Assembly (NCBI RefSeq): GCF_006345805.1
Contig: NC_043000.1
Span: forward strand, 43,834,001 to 43,898,000
Direction of reading: 5' to 3'
From: Octopus sinensis
Lineage: Eukaryota
Length of the DNA: 64,000 bases
Below are positions 15,105 to 28,328 of this stretch, piece by piece; within the stretch, counting starts at the first letter, position 1; every line of letters begins with the position of its first letter. The notes beneath the pieces are model-generated. The model made no database searches, had not been told where the DNA came from, and saw nothing but the letters and a program-made list of their open reading frames with translations. The translations under genes and the position numbers were made by a program.

Positions 15105-15900
15105 CATTCCAGGGCTGAGGTCATGCTGGTGCACCACCTGTAGATTATCGGTGTTGTTTCCAGTCTTGCTTTTTGGTGAAGTAGTAATTTGGACGAAGCT
15201 GCTCTTCTTTGCGTCTCTTGCCGCAATGTGAGTTCATCTAGTGTCTCAGATAGAAACCTGTCTAGACGTTCCTTGAAAACGTCCTCGTCAACACCATGTC
15301 AAACTGTAAAGGTGTATGGCAGGATGTTGAATAATTGCAGGCAAGCATTTGAAACACAAACTATTGAAGTAGTTCGTCCCTATATTCGATGGGGCAGACG
15401 GGATCTCTGTTACGATGCAGTATTGTCCAGTTCGAGGATTGGTATGACTGTCAATTCCAAAATTGTGAGCTAAAGTCCCCAAGATCTTCCAAATATATAT
15501 CACCGCATATTTCTCACGTCTTCTCTCCAGGGAATAGAGACGCTGCTCCTTTAGCCTCTCCCAGTAGACAGTCTTTTGCATCAATTCAATCTATTTTGTG
15601 TATTTGCGCTGGGTTGCTTCGAATTCTACAGTTTGTTTCACACTCTCTGGGAACCATGGTAGTCCAAGCGGCTAAGAACGGAAGTCCTCCATAGGAGTAG
15701 CAGGAACTCCCGTTTCCTGGTTCTGAATGTCATTAGATCCATCCAGCTACTTGCCTGCACAGTGTTGCCATCTTGGTAATATGCACATGGAATGTTGTCT
15801 CATTGCTCCGGTCACGTACCGACTCTGACTCTAGGATCGTATTACCTTTTTCTCCAGGTATTCTGATTTTAGCCTGGTGTTGGGCTGATAGTGGAGTGCC
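15105..15900 (-). pseudogene. Degraded CR1-like LINE ORF2 3' fragment
   Basis: YWERLKEQRLYSLERRREKYAVIYIWKILG motif; upstream ...VAGWI..TFRTRK..LLWRTSVLSRLDY. Confidence 0.75.
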
Positions 15901-15989
15901 TGAAATGTTATAACATTGAACTAAATGCTATTTCTGTTAGCCCATGTGTATATTTCATTCAGGTCTTTCTGCAGTTTTATGATGTTCTT

Positions 15990-16410
15990 TGGGTTCCAAA
16001 CTGCCTTGTATACTTTTGTGTCGTCGGCATAACTGGTCAGATTGGTTAACCGTACCACGGCAGGCATATCGGAGAGGGCCACCACAAATAGTAATGGCCA
16101 CAGTACAGTTTTCTTTGTACAGAAAATATAGAACCCTAGTGACGTTACACGCCTGCAGCATGAGGTGGACGCAATTTATAGATGGGCTGAGGACCATCAT
16201 ATGAAGTTTAATGCTGGGAAACTCCACGTCGTGCGAAATTAGAGGTTAAAACTGAACGAAAAGCTTACAGGGTACACAGAAACAGGAGAGAATTACAATC
16301 CCAAAACCTAAAGCAGTGCGAGACCTGGGTATCGGCATGAGTGATTATACCCATTTCCAAGTGCACGTAACGAAGACGGTAAGAAAGAGAAGACGGCTGG
16401 CTGGATCCTG
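15990..16410 (+). pseudogene. Degraded CR1-like RT fragment, opposite orientation
   Basis: Translates to DVTRLQHEVDAIYRWAEDHHMKFNAGK...AVRDLGIGMSDYTHFQVHV..RRLAGW, the post-YADD region of CR1/L2 RTs. Confidence 0.7.
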
Positions 16411-16417
16411 AGATCTT

Positions 16418-16600
16418 GATGGGCTCTACTGGACGAGTTAGATAAGACATGTATTCCCTGAATGTAGTTTAATTCTCTTTGTTTTTCAAGGCTTGAGCAC
16501 CAATTGAAAAATTTTAATTTGATTGCAAAGAATGCAAATCTGATGGCAAAGAATTCAAATTTGATGGCAAAGAATTCAAACTAGATCGAAAACATCTATA
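16418..16600 (+). repeat. Dispersed ~190-bp repeat with internal ~21-bp tandem units; second copy at ~39645-39835
   Basis: gggctctactgga.gagttagataag...ttgagcaccaattgaaaaatt...tttgatggcaaagaattcaaactagatcgaaaacatctat occurs at both loci. Confidence 0.8.
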
Positions 16601-16720
16601 TATCAATAGATCAATTGAGAATCTGAGCAGCAACGTACATATATGTACTAGTAACGGTCTCAAGCTAAATATACTTCAATACAGGTAAAATGTCTAATGA
16701 CCCTTATTCATACCTTCTCT

Positions 16721-16756
<36 letters not shown>

Positions 16757-16758
<2 letters not shown>

Positions 16759-16898
16759 AGAAAGAAGCAACAAGAATGGATTAGTTTTTAGTACAATTGT
16801 TTCATACAAAGACGGCTTTATTACAAGTTGCAAAAAAAGCCTGTCTTGTATGAAACAATTGTACTAAAAACTAATCCATTCTTGTTCCTTCTTTCTCG
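16757..16898. repeat. Near-perfect ~62-bp-arm palindrome containing a hammerhead 3' half (gaaac-aatt-gta)
   Basis: cgagaaagaagcaacaagaatggattagtttttagtacaattgtttcatacaa...ttgtatgaaacaattgtactaaaaactaatccattcttgttccttctttctcg. Confidence 0.85.
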
Positions 16899-16950
16899 TT
16901 TATAATCACCCCACTTACAGTATGGTTAACACCATATAGTTTTCCTGGTG

Positions 16951-17018
16951 CATCTAATTTAAGTACCACATTCAAGTAAATTCATTGGAATTGACTTGAA
17001 TCTTAATTGCTTTGATTG

Positions 17019-17054
<36 letters not shown>

Positions 17055-17072
17055 ATATATATACGCACACAC

Positions 17073-17151
<79 letters not shown>

Positions 17152-17187
17152 TATACATCTGTGTTTGTATATATATATATATAATAT

Positions 17188-17235
<48 letters not shown>

Positions 17236-17237
17236 TG

Positions 17238-17271
<34 letters not shown>

Positions 17272-18270
17272 CAGATATCGCATGGTAGAATTTGCATTTG
17301 GAATTGTACAAGATGCGGACGAGGATTGAAGTAAGGTGGAAATATATTACGTTGGACAATGTACACGTATATATATATATAGATTCAAATATACCACAGA
17401 CTTTTCAAAGAAGTTTAAGGAATGTATGTGTGAGGTATATGAACTTAAAGTAGAGTGCGGTCGGCTAAGTTGACTACTGTTGGTCTTATGCAGCCTTTCT
17501 TCTGTCCATCACGAAGAAACATTCACACGTACACAGACATACTAACATACACTTACACACAGGCACCCACATATACATGCATACAGACATACTAACATAC
17601 GAATTAAAAATGAATGAAAGTATATGTGTGTATATTAGTGAACGGCTCTGAAACGTTGCGTGCTAGAGGAAAACGGTTTCCATTCTCGAATAGTGCATCG
17701 CAAGGAGAAAGAGTTTGGGTATAAAACTCACACCTGATTACCAGGGTCTGTGGGCTTTGGTATGTGTGTGTTTGTACATATGTGTGAGTGTGTGCGTGTG
17801 TGTATGTGCGTGTTTGTGTGGTGTCGTATTATTATGTACCTCTCTCGGGTCTTTTCTCTTGCTGTCACAAACTTTGAAATTCTAAAATTTTGAAAATTTT
17901 AAAATTTGGTATATTTTCATGCTGAATCCAATTTTGGTAATTATTCCTTCCACAAAAGTTCTAGAAAATTATTAAATTTTCATGGAATAGAATAAAAGCA
18001 AAAATTTACGACAAGGGGTGTTGTAAGAAGTTCTGAAGTTTTAATTAGTATTAATGAATCAAGTCAAGTGAAATTGAAGAAGAGTCATGTAAATTATTTA
18101 AGGAGAAAATCCTAAACAAAACTTTTTAGCAAAAAAATTGTACAAGTCTGTCCTCATCTATTTGGGAAGACATGGCATCACTTGAGATTAAAAAAATAAA
18201 TTATTAAATAGATATTCTATTGCAAAAATTACAAGTCAACAACAGGCTACTCAATATATATATATATATA
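16951..18270 (+). repeat. Flanking segment A, duplicated in inverted orientation at 29657-31063
   Basis: catctaatttaagtaccacattc...aacaggctactcaa matches the reverse complement nearly base for base, except for microsatellite lengths. Confidence 0.92.
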
Positions 18271-21050
18271 TATAAAATATTATTAGAGACAAAACCACTA
18301 TTTTGCAAAACAAACAAGGAAATACTTAATCAATACATAAAATTTTAATAAATAGTCAAAAAAACCGCCACTACAATCGTTTCTTGTCTTGATCGACAAT
18401 CTTCAGGTGGACTTCCAATCTAAAAAAATCAATATTTTAAAATATAAAATTAATAATTTTAAAATAATTAAAGTATGAATGAAATATAAGTATATAATCC
18501 ATATATAACCTATATATAATCCATATATAATCAATATATAAACAATATATAAACTAAAAAAACCTATCAACAATTAAATATAAAATATAAAATATAAAAT
18601 ATAAATAAAATATAAAAACAAAACAAAAAAATAATAATAATATAATAATAAACTATATATACACCCATACACATATACCTAATTATATATAACCATATCT
18701 AACTACAACACTAAATCACACACCTATATATATATCCCTATACATACACATAAAAACGTCTAGGCAACTATAAATAAAAAATAGCTAAATACTTCAACAC
18801 AATACTTATTCATACTCCCACACACCACACATATAGAACCCACATTCACGCTCTAGAAAACGGACATCACTCAAAACTATGAACGGAGAAATGGAATAAA
18901 TGGAATTAAAAATTATATTCACTTGGTAAAACGAACACTACTTAAGAATTATGAATGAAACAATGCAATAAAACAACAGACATCGCAAATAGACACAAAT
19001 TACTACGAATTCCTTAACAAACCTACCATGATAAACCAAAACTCAAAACTCTATAACAAACCTATATAGCAATCCCCCTAACCTAAACATTTACACACAA
19101 ATACACACACGTAAACCACACACCCACAACATATACAAATACCCACACCACTTACACATACCAATACATACATATAAACCTCAACATATACTCCAAAAAC
19201 CCACTCAACCCCACACAGACAAATAAACACAAAAATTATGAATGGATTCTTTTATAAAACTACCATGATAAGCTAAAACTCACAAAACAGAAATGATAAA
19301 ACCTCCCTTTACTAAACACTATAACATACTTATATAGCAATCCCTTTAACCTATACATTCACACACAAAAACACACCACGTAAACCACACACCCATAACA
19401 AATACAAACACCCACCCACCACACACACCCACAAGTACATATAAGCCTCAACATATACACCAAACAAAATTACTTTACCAAGGAACTTAACATATGTATA
19501 AAAAGTATAACCGCTCTGGAAACGAACATCTCTAAATTAATGAATGGAGAAATGGAATAAATGGAATTAAAAATAATATTCACGTGGCAAAACGAACACC
19601 ACTCAAAAATTATGAATGAAACAATGTAATAAAACAACCCACATCGAAAATAGACAAATTACCACGAATTCCCTAAAAAAACCCATGATAAACCAAAACT
19701 CTTAAAAACATATAACGATAAAATCTCCCTTTGCTAAACTCTATAACAAACCTATATAGTAATCCCCCTAACCTAAACATTCACACACAAATACACACAC
19801 GTAAACCACAGACCCACGACTTATACACATACCTATACTAACTTATACACCTCAATATACACCAAAACCCACTCCCTCCCCACACAGACAAATTAACACA
19901 TACATCCCAAAACCTAAATAACAAACCCATATACACATTCACACACAAACACACACACACGCAAAACACACACACACAACAGATACATATACTCCCTCAC
20001 ATATACGCATATACATACTCACTAAACTCGATATATACAACAATATTTACACACCACACACACATCATAACAGAAAATAAATTATACAACTAAAAACTCA
20101 CACACAATCTCATATACATAAACACTCCTATGAAAACAACATTAAATACATCGTAATTAACCAGAATATCAAAAATAACAATATGACATAAGGATAAATA
20201 AAATACATACTTACAAGTCAGTTTCAAATTATGAAGTGAAATTAAATTCTTAGCCGTTAAAAAAATCAAACCAAAATTACGTTACCATAGAAATAACTTA
20301 TGTAAAAAAAAAAAGAATACGCGCCATGGAAAGTAAACGTCATTTAAATTATGAATGGAGAAATAGAATAAATGGAACTAAAAACTATATCCACGTGGCA
20401 AACCAACACTACTTAAAAAAAATTTATTATGAATGGATTCTTTAAAAAACACATGAAAAAAAATCATTATATACATTTATGAGCTTTAGCTCACCTTAGC
20501 AGCTCTAACAAACAACTTGCAGTAACCCAAACCCATTCTCTATGCCTACCTCACTACTACACTATTCCAGTCACAATTCCAAGCAACGCTATTCCACCAT
20601 CCGGTTATTCACGTGGCAAAACGAACATCACTCAAAAATTATGAATAAAACAATGTAATAAAACAACCAACATCGAAAATAGACAAATTACCACGAATTC
20701 CCTAAAAAAAAAAAACCATGATAAACCAAAACTCATAAAAACATATAACGATAAAATCTCCTTTGCTAAACTCTATAACAAACCTATATAGCAATCCCCC
20801 TAACCTAAACATCACACACAAAAACACACACGTAAACCACAGACCCACGACTTATACACATACCTATACTAACTTATAAACCTCAATATACACCAAAACC
20901 CACTCCCTCCCCACACAGACAAATTAACACATACATCCCAAAACCTGAATAACAAACCCATATACACATTCACACACAAACACACACACACGCAAAACAC
21001 ACACACACAACAGATACATATACACCCTCACATATACGCATATACATACT
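18271..21050 (-). repeat. 3' pseudo-LTR (direct repeat of 25527-28328); the ~1.04-kb tandem subunit continues to ~21625
   Basis: Colinear high identity; internal units ~19560-20600 and ~20600-21625. Confidence 0.9.
18368..18410 (-). ncRNA. Minimal type I hammerhead ribozyme, copy 1
   Basis: Minus strand: ccac-CUGAAGA-ttgtc(gatcaa)gacaa-GAAA-c(gatt)g-UA-gtgg. Confidence 0.85.
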
Positions 21051-21714
21051 CACTAAACTCTATATATACAACAATATCTACACACCCACACTCATACAGA
21101 TAAATAAATTATACAACTAAAAACTCACACACAATCTCATAAACACTCCTATGAAAACAACATTAAATACATCGTAATTAACCAGAATATCAAAAATAAC
21201 AATATGACATAAGGATAAATAAAATACATACTTACAAGTCAGTTTCAAATTATGAAGTGAAATTAAATTCTTAGCCGTTAAAAAAAAAAACCACACCAAA
21301 ATTACGTTACCATAGAAATAACTTATGTAAAAAAAAGAGAATACGCGCCATAGAAAGTAAACGTCATTTAAATTATGAATGGAGAAATAGAATAAATGGA
21401 ACTAAAAACTATATCCACGTAGCAAACCAACACTACTTAAAAAAATTTATTATGAATGGATTCTTTAAAAAACTACCATGAAAAATCATTATATACATTT
21501 ATGATCTTTAGCTCACCTTAGCAGCTCTAACAAACAACTTGCAGTAACCCAAACCTATTCTCGATGCCTACCTCACTACCACACTAATCCATTCACAATT
21601 CCAAGCAACGCTAGTCCACCACCCGGTTACAATTCCCAACTCCACCCATTCAATCACAATTTCAACGACGTTCGCCTCCACAGCGCTACATATAAGCCTC
21701 AACATATACACCGG

Positions 21715-22060
21715 AGATACACTTACACATCCGTGCGGATGGGTGAGAGTATACATTGAGTGTAGTGATGGGGCTCCCATTACTATACACATTTGTACCT
21801 GTGTGGTAGTCTCCATGTGTATATTCACGCACGGGTATAAATGCAGGGGGTACACGCGCACGTCATTTGCGTGTACCCCCTCACATGTACATATGCATGC
21901 TATTTGGGCTCGATATATGCAACAATGTAATCGCGCCCGCATACATGCATATGGGCGAATTGCACAATCAAAAAACGCACACGTGTGTGTGTGTGCGTTC
22001 CCTAATTGTGCAATTCACCCATCTGGGTGTGAGTGGGTGTAAGCGTATCGCTGTGGATGT
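21715..22060. other. Multi-hairpin structured segment in the PLE 3' UTR
   Basis: Stems gggggtacacgc/gcgtgtaccccc, gaattgcacaat/attgtgcaattc, gtgtagtgatggg/cccattactatac, and outer gatacacttacac/gtgtaagcgtatc. Confidence 0.6.
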
Positions 22061-22895
22061 CGAGCTTGATACGTATGTATATGAGTGTGTATTAGGGGGT
22101 TGTACATATTAATTGTGTGCATGTGCTTCACGCACTTGCGTCCATGTATGGATGAATATATTGGGATTACTATGTGGGTGTAAATTGGGTATGGAGGGGG
22201 GAGTTTTGTCATTGTATGGGTGTGGGTTTCATTTGTGATGGTGGTTAGTTGGTGATTTTTAGTATGTTCTGTATATTTGGTTAGTTATGTATTATTCTAG
22301 TGTGTATAATTGTATACATATAATTGGTGTGAATGGGATTACGCCCATTTTGGGGATGTATGTGTTTATTTATCCATGTGGGGCGGGAGTGGCCGTTAGG
22401 TGTATATGCTGAGGCTCACATGCAATTCCAGGTACAGCGAATGAAGTGGGCACTTATATTTGTTATGGGTGTGTGTACTATATTATAACAGACAATACCC
22501 AAATAAAATCTGTCAATTCAACATACCAAATAAAAAACAAAAAAGAAAGGGATCTTAAACATTCACACATACATACAAAACTCAATAAAAACACCACTAA
22601 ATAACACCCATAAACATATAAATATATCCTCCAAAATACATATAACAAATGCATAATAAAAATACATAATAAAATAAAATAAAAATTTTAAAAATAAAAA
22701 AAAATCTAATATAAATTATTAAAGTTTTAACGTACCATAAACTGTTAAATTAATATACATTAAAAATGAACTAATTAAAACAAAGAAATATCAATAAAGA
22801 CTAACTATAATTAAAGCCTAGACAACATAACCAAAAATATATTATCTAAACTAATTTAAACTAAACTAAAGTAACCTAAAAGGGAACTATTATTG

Positions 22896-25389
22896 CTATT
22901 TATCATGAAACTTATTATATAGGTAAAGTAACTTATGTCTGCATTTTATTTTGCGCTCTTCACCAGTATTAAGTAAATTATCATACTTATAAAATAAAAT
23001 TTCTTTAAACTCATTAGAGCATAAATAACAACAATTAGCTCCTATAGTATATGATTTAGTTTTACAAATTATTTCCCAAATTAAACTATAATTAATATTT
23101 AGTGATTTAAGACTCCAAATGTACTTACTAAGTCCGGTTGTGTTGATTAAGTTTTTATTTTTAAAAGAATTCATATGTTGTGCGATTCTTAGTTTTATTT
23201 TTGAGGAAGTAGAACCTATATAAACCGCTTTTGTGTAATTATTATTCTTAAAGTTATTATCATGTAATGTAACTATACATTTATACACTACATCGTTAAT
23301 ATCACAATTATTATTTAATATACAATTAGATTTATCTCTACATGTACAATTAATATAAGTCTTATCATTATTAATATTATTATCAAATAATTTCTTTTTA
23401 TAAAAATTATTCAGTTTCTATTTATTAAATGAAGAAATAATGTTACCAACATTATTAGTGGTAGAGTAACCAACTCCAAAATTATTAAAAGAGAAAATGT
23501 TTCTATATTTACGATTATCTCTAATAAATAGTTCTATAACATCTAAAATCTCTTTAATAATATTCGTTTTTACTTGATCTCCATAAGGAACTATTAACCA
23601 AATTTTATTCTTATTAACCTTATTATTATTATCATTATTATAAATATATTTATAATTCTTTATTTTATTAAAATTATTATCAGAATTATATCTATGTACA
23701 GCATTTAAGGAATTATTAATATTATTAAATTTATCAATATAATTATTATAATAATTATTAAATTTATTTTTATTTATATTATTATTATTATATTTATTAT
23801 TATTATTATTATTATTATTTATATTTTTATCATTTTTATTATTTTTTTTATAATATCTATTATTTTTACCACTAAACCTAACAAAATTATAATTATTATT
23901 AGAAGTATCTCTAAAATTAACAATTAAATCTTTATCACTAATATAAAAATTAATATTCCTATTATAACCTGCCCCTCTAAGGGTCTCATTATAATAATTA
24001 GCATGTTTATTAAAAATCTCTATATCATAAGAGAGTAATGAAATACGTTTACTTATATTATTAATCAACGATTTTTTAATAGAAAATGGGTGATTACTAT
24101 TAACATTTATATATCTAAGGTTCTCATTAAGTTTATGATATGGTTGTGTTTTACCTGTAATAAGATTAAAATTAACATCTAAATAATTAACATTATATTC
24201 TCCTTATATATAGTAATACTTAAACCATATCTTTTAAAGAAACTATATAGTTTTTTCTTATATACTTCTAGATTCCTATTATTACAATTCTTTGTAACTA
24301 GTAGAAGATCGTCTCTAAATAAACCACCTCTATCTTAAGATTTTCTAATTGGAGTTCAGATAAAAGAAAAATACCTACTAAATCAGTAGCCTGTGCAGAA
24401 TCTGGTGCTCCCATAGGTATATCAAAACAATCTCTAGTATCATTCCTAGCCCATAATTATTTTTATATTTAATTAGCGATTTCCTAGCCATTTAAATACA
24501 TTAACTTCTTCCCGTGACATACCCACTTTATTCATTGCGAAAATAAGCGCTTTATTAAACACAATTTCATTAATAGAAGAATAATAATTATCTATATCTA
24601 TTTGAATAAATTATAAACGATTTTTATCTTTAATTTATTAAACCATTTCAATGTATTATTATTACTAAACCATAATTTTAAATAATTAAGTTTATTTAAC
24701 TTATCAATATATTTATCTAAAATAAATTTACTTAATTTACCTAGGTCCGATTTACATGGGCAAATTAATCTAACTTTAGGGTCTGAATAAAAAATTATCT
24801 TTATGGTTTTTAAGAGTAATTCTGGGGTGCAAAGGTACATAAGGTTCAGTTTTATTATCCAACTCATATTTTAACATTACTACTTTAGAGGCCTTATTAA
24901 TATTATAAAGAATATCATCTGGAACAATTTTATATTTTTTAATTATTTCTTTCCCTAATAGTTTATCATATAATTTAACATCTAATTTATATAAGTTCCT
25001 TTTTTTATCAGATTGTACTATAATACCATCCATATTTCTCATATCTTTAATTTTAATTGCTAAATTCCTTAAATATTCATTATTTCTATTTGGGTATTTA
25101 TGGAATTCAATATTTTTTACCACCTTCCATATACTATCTTCAAGTAATTGTAATTCTTTATTAATGGAGGTTCCTTTCTAGATTTAAATTTAGAGGTAAA
25201 ATTATCATTCCTACTATCAATATCATTAAATAAATAAAAATTATAGTAAAAAGCTTTCCATTTAATTCTAGAAATAAAATCTTTAACATTATTAACAAGT
25301 TTCAAGATAAATTCCTTTCTAGAAGGAATAGGAATATCTTTCAAAGATGAATCCCAAAACAGCGGTTCTATCTTACCTGTAAAATCCAT
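22896..25389 (-). pseudogene. Naiad-type PLE ORF (~830 aa): RT + Asn-rich linker + CxCx5Cx5C + GIY-YIG endonuclease; disrupted by several 1-bp indels and at least one in-frame TAG
   Basis: SLKDIPIP..RIKWKAF; IDIDNYYSSI; CFDIPMGAPDSAQATDLVGIF; GGLFRDDLLL; VNYLDV; SNHP; CTCRDKSNCILNNNC; VYIGST...RIAQHMNSF...LSKYIW...CYLCSNE. Confidence 0.92.
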
Positions 25390-25526
25390 AATTTACGAAA
25401 TTGAGGTATTACACTCAATATACAAAATTATCAATATTATATAAATAATAAATATTAGGGAATAAATCCAAATTTACAGGGAAAAAAATCAGATTTAGGA
25501 TTAAATCCAATTTTATAGTAAAATAT

Positions 25527-28328
25527 TATAAAATATTATTAGAGACAAAACCACTATTTTGCAAAACAAACAAGGAATACTTAATCAATACATAAAATTT
25601 TAATAAATAGTCAAAAAACCGCCACTACAATCGTTTCTTGTCTTGATCGACAATCTTCAGGTGGACTTCCAATCTAAAAAATCAATATTTTAAAATATAA
25701 AAATAATAATTTTAAAATAATTAAAGTATGAATGAATATAAGTATATAATCCATATATAACCTATATATAATCCATATATAATCATATAACAATATAAAA
25801 TATAAAAAAAAAAAAAACCTATCAACATTAAATATAAAATATAAAATATAAAATATAAAATATAATATATAAAACAAAACAAAAAAATAATAATAATATA
25901 ATAATAAACTATATATACACCCATACACATATACCTAATTATATATAACCATATCTAACTACATACACTAAATCACACACCTATATATATATCCCTATAC
26001 ATACACATAAACGTCTAGGCAACTATAAATAAATAAAATAGCTAAATACTTCAACACAATACGTATTCATACTCCCACACACACACACATACAACCCACA
26101 TTCACGCTCTAGAAAACGGACATCACTCAAAACTATGAACGGAGAAATGGAATAAATGGAATTAAAAATTATATTCACTTGGTAAAACGAACACTACTTA
26201 AAAATTATGAATGAAACAATGCAATAAAACAACAGACATCGCAAATAGACACAAATTACTACGAATTCCTTAACAAACCTACCATGATAAACCAAAACTC
26301 ATAAAAACATATAATGATAAAATCTCCCTTTACTAAACTCTATAACAAACCTATATAGCAATCCCCCTAACCTAAACATTCACACACAAATACACACACG
26401 TAAACCACACACCCACGACATATACAAATACCCACACCACTTACACATACCAATACATACATATAAACCTCAACATATACTCCAAAAACCCACTCAAACC
26501 CACACAGACAAATAAACACAAAAATTATGAATGGATTCTTTTATAAAACTACCATGATAAGCTAAAACTCACAAAACAGAAATGATAAAACCTCCCTTTA
26601 CTAAACACTATAACATACTTATATAGCAATCCCTTTAACCTATACATTCACACACAAAAAACACACACGTAAACCACACACCCATAACAAATACAAACAC
26701 CACCCACACCCACACACACACACACAAGTACATATAAGCCTCAACATATACACCAAACAAAATTACTTTACCAAGGAACTTAACATATGTATAAAAAGTA
26801 TAACCGCTCTGGAACGAACATCTCTAAATTAATGAATGGAGAAATGGAATAAATGGAATTAAAAATAATATTCACGTGGCAAAACGAACACCACTCAAAA
26901 ATTATGAATGAAACAATGTAATAAAACAACCAACATCGAAAATAGACAAATTACCACGATTCCCTAAAAAAACATGATAAACCAAAACTCTTAAAAACAT
27001 ATAACGATAAAATTTCCCTTTGCTAAACTCTATAACAAATCTATATAGTAATCCCCCTAACCTAAACATTCACACACAAATACACACACGTAAACCACAG
27101 ACCCACGACTTATACACATACCTATACTAACTTATAACCTCATATACACCAAAACCCACTCCCTCCCCCACAGACAAATTAACACATACATCCCAAAACC
27201 TAAATAACAAACCCATATACACATTCACACACAAACACACACACACGCAAAACACACACATACAACAGATACATATACTCCCTCACATATACGCATATAC
27301 ATACTCACTAAACTCGATATATACAACAATATTTACACACCCACACTCATACAGATAAATAAATTATACAACTAAAAGCTCACACACAATCTCATATACA
27401 TAAACACTCCTATGAAAACAACATTAAATACATCGTAATTAACCAGAATATCAAAAATAACAATATGACATAAGGATAAATAAAATACATACTTACAAGT
27501 CAGTTTCAAATTATGAAGTGAAATTAAATTCTTAGCCGTTAAAAAAATCAAACCAAAATTACGTTACCATAGAAATAACTTATGTAAAAAAAAAAGAAAA
27601 CGCGCCATGGAAAGTAAACGTCATTTAAATTATGAATGGAGAAATAGAATAAATGGAACTAAAAACTATATCCACGTGGCAAACCAACACTACTTAAAAA
27701 AAATTTATTATGAATGGATTCTTTAAAAAACTACCATGAAAAATCATTATATACATTTATGAGCTTTAGCTCACCTTAGCAGCTCTAACAAACAACTTGC
27801 AGTAACCCAAACCCATTCTCTATGCCTACCTCACTACTACACTATTCCATTCACAATTCCAAGCAACGCTAGTCCACCACCCGCTTATTCACGTGGCAAA
27901 ACGAACACCACTCAAAAATTATGAATGAAACAATGTAATAAAACAACCAACATCGAAAATAGACAAATTACCACGAATTCCCTAAAAAAAAAACCATGAT
28001 AAACCAAAACTCATAAAAACATATAACGATAAAATCTCCCTTTGCTAAACTCTATAACAAACCTATATAGCAATCCCCCTAACCTAAACATTCACACACA
28101 AAAACACACACGTAAACCACAGACCCACGACTTATACACATACCTATACTAACTTATAAACCTCAATATACACCAAAACCCACTCCCTCCCCACACAGAC
28201 AAATTAACACATACATCCCAAAACCTAAATAACAAACCCATATACACATTCACACACAAACACACACACGCAAAACACACACACACAACAGATACATATA
28301 CACCCTCACATATACGCATATACATACT
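25527..28328 (-). repeat. 5' pseudo-LTR of the PLE
   Basis: Direct repeat of 18271-21050, with the same internal tandem subunit. Confidence 0.9.
25622..25664 (-). ncRNA. Minimal type I hammerhead ribozyme, copy 2 (~230 nt upstream of the ORF ATG)
   Basis: Identical to copy 1. Confidence 0.85.

Noticed and set aside
17636-17680. gaaacg-ttg-cgtg hammerhead-like motif in segment A
   Set aside because: No CUGANGA core, and the cleavage triplet would be GUG
18900-21600. CRISPR-like appearance of recurring motifs (aattatgaatgga...) with spacers
   Set aside because: Eukaryotic context, no cas genes, and the spacers are themselves repeated; it is pLTR sub-repeat structure
22896-25389. Selenoprotein-type Naiad
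   Set aside because: No in-frame TGA found on manual translation; the linker Cys codons are TGT; the visible in-frame stop is TAG
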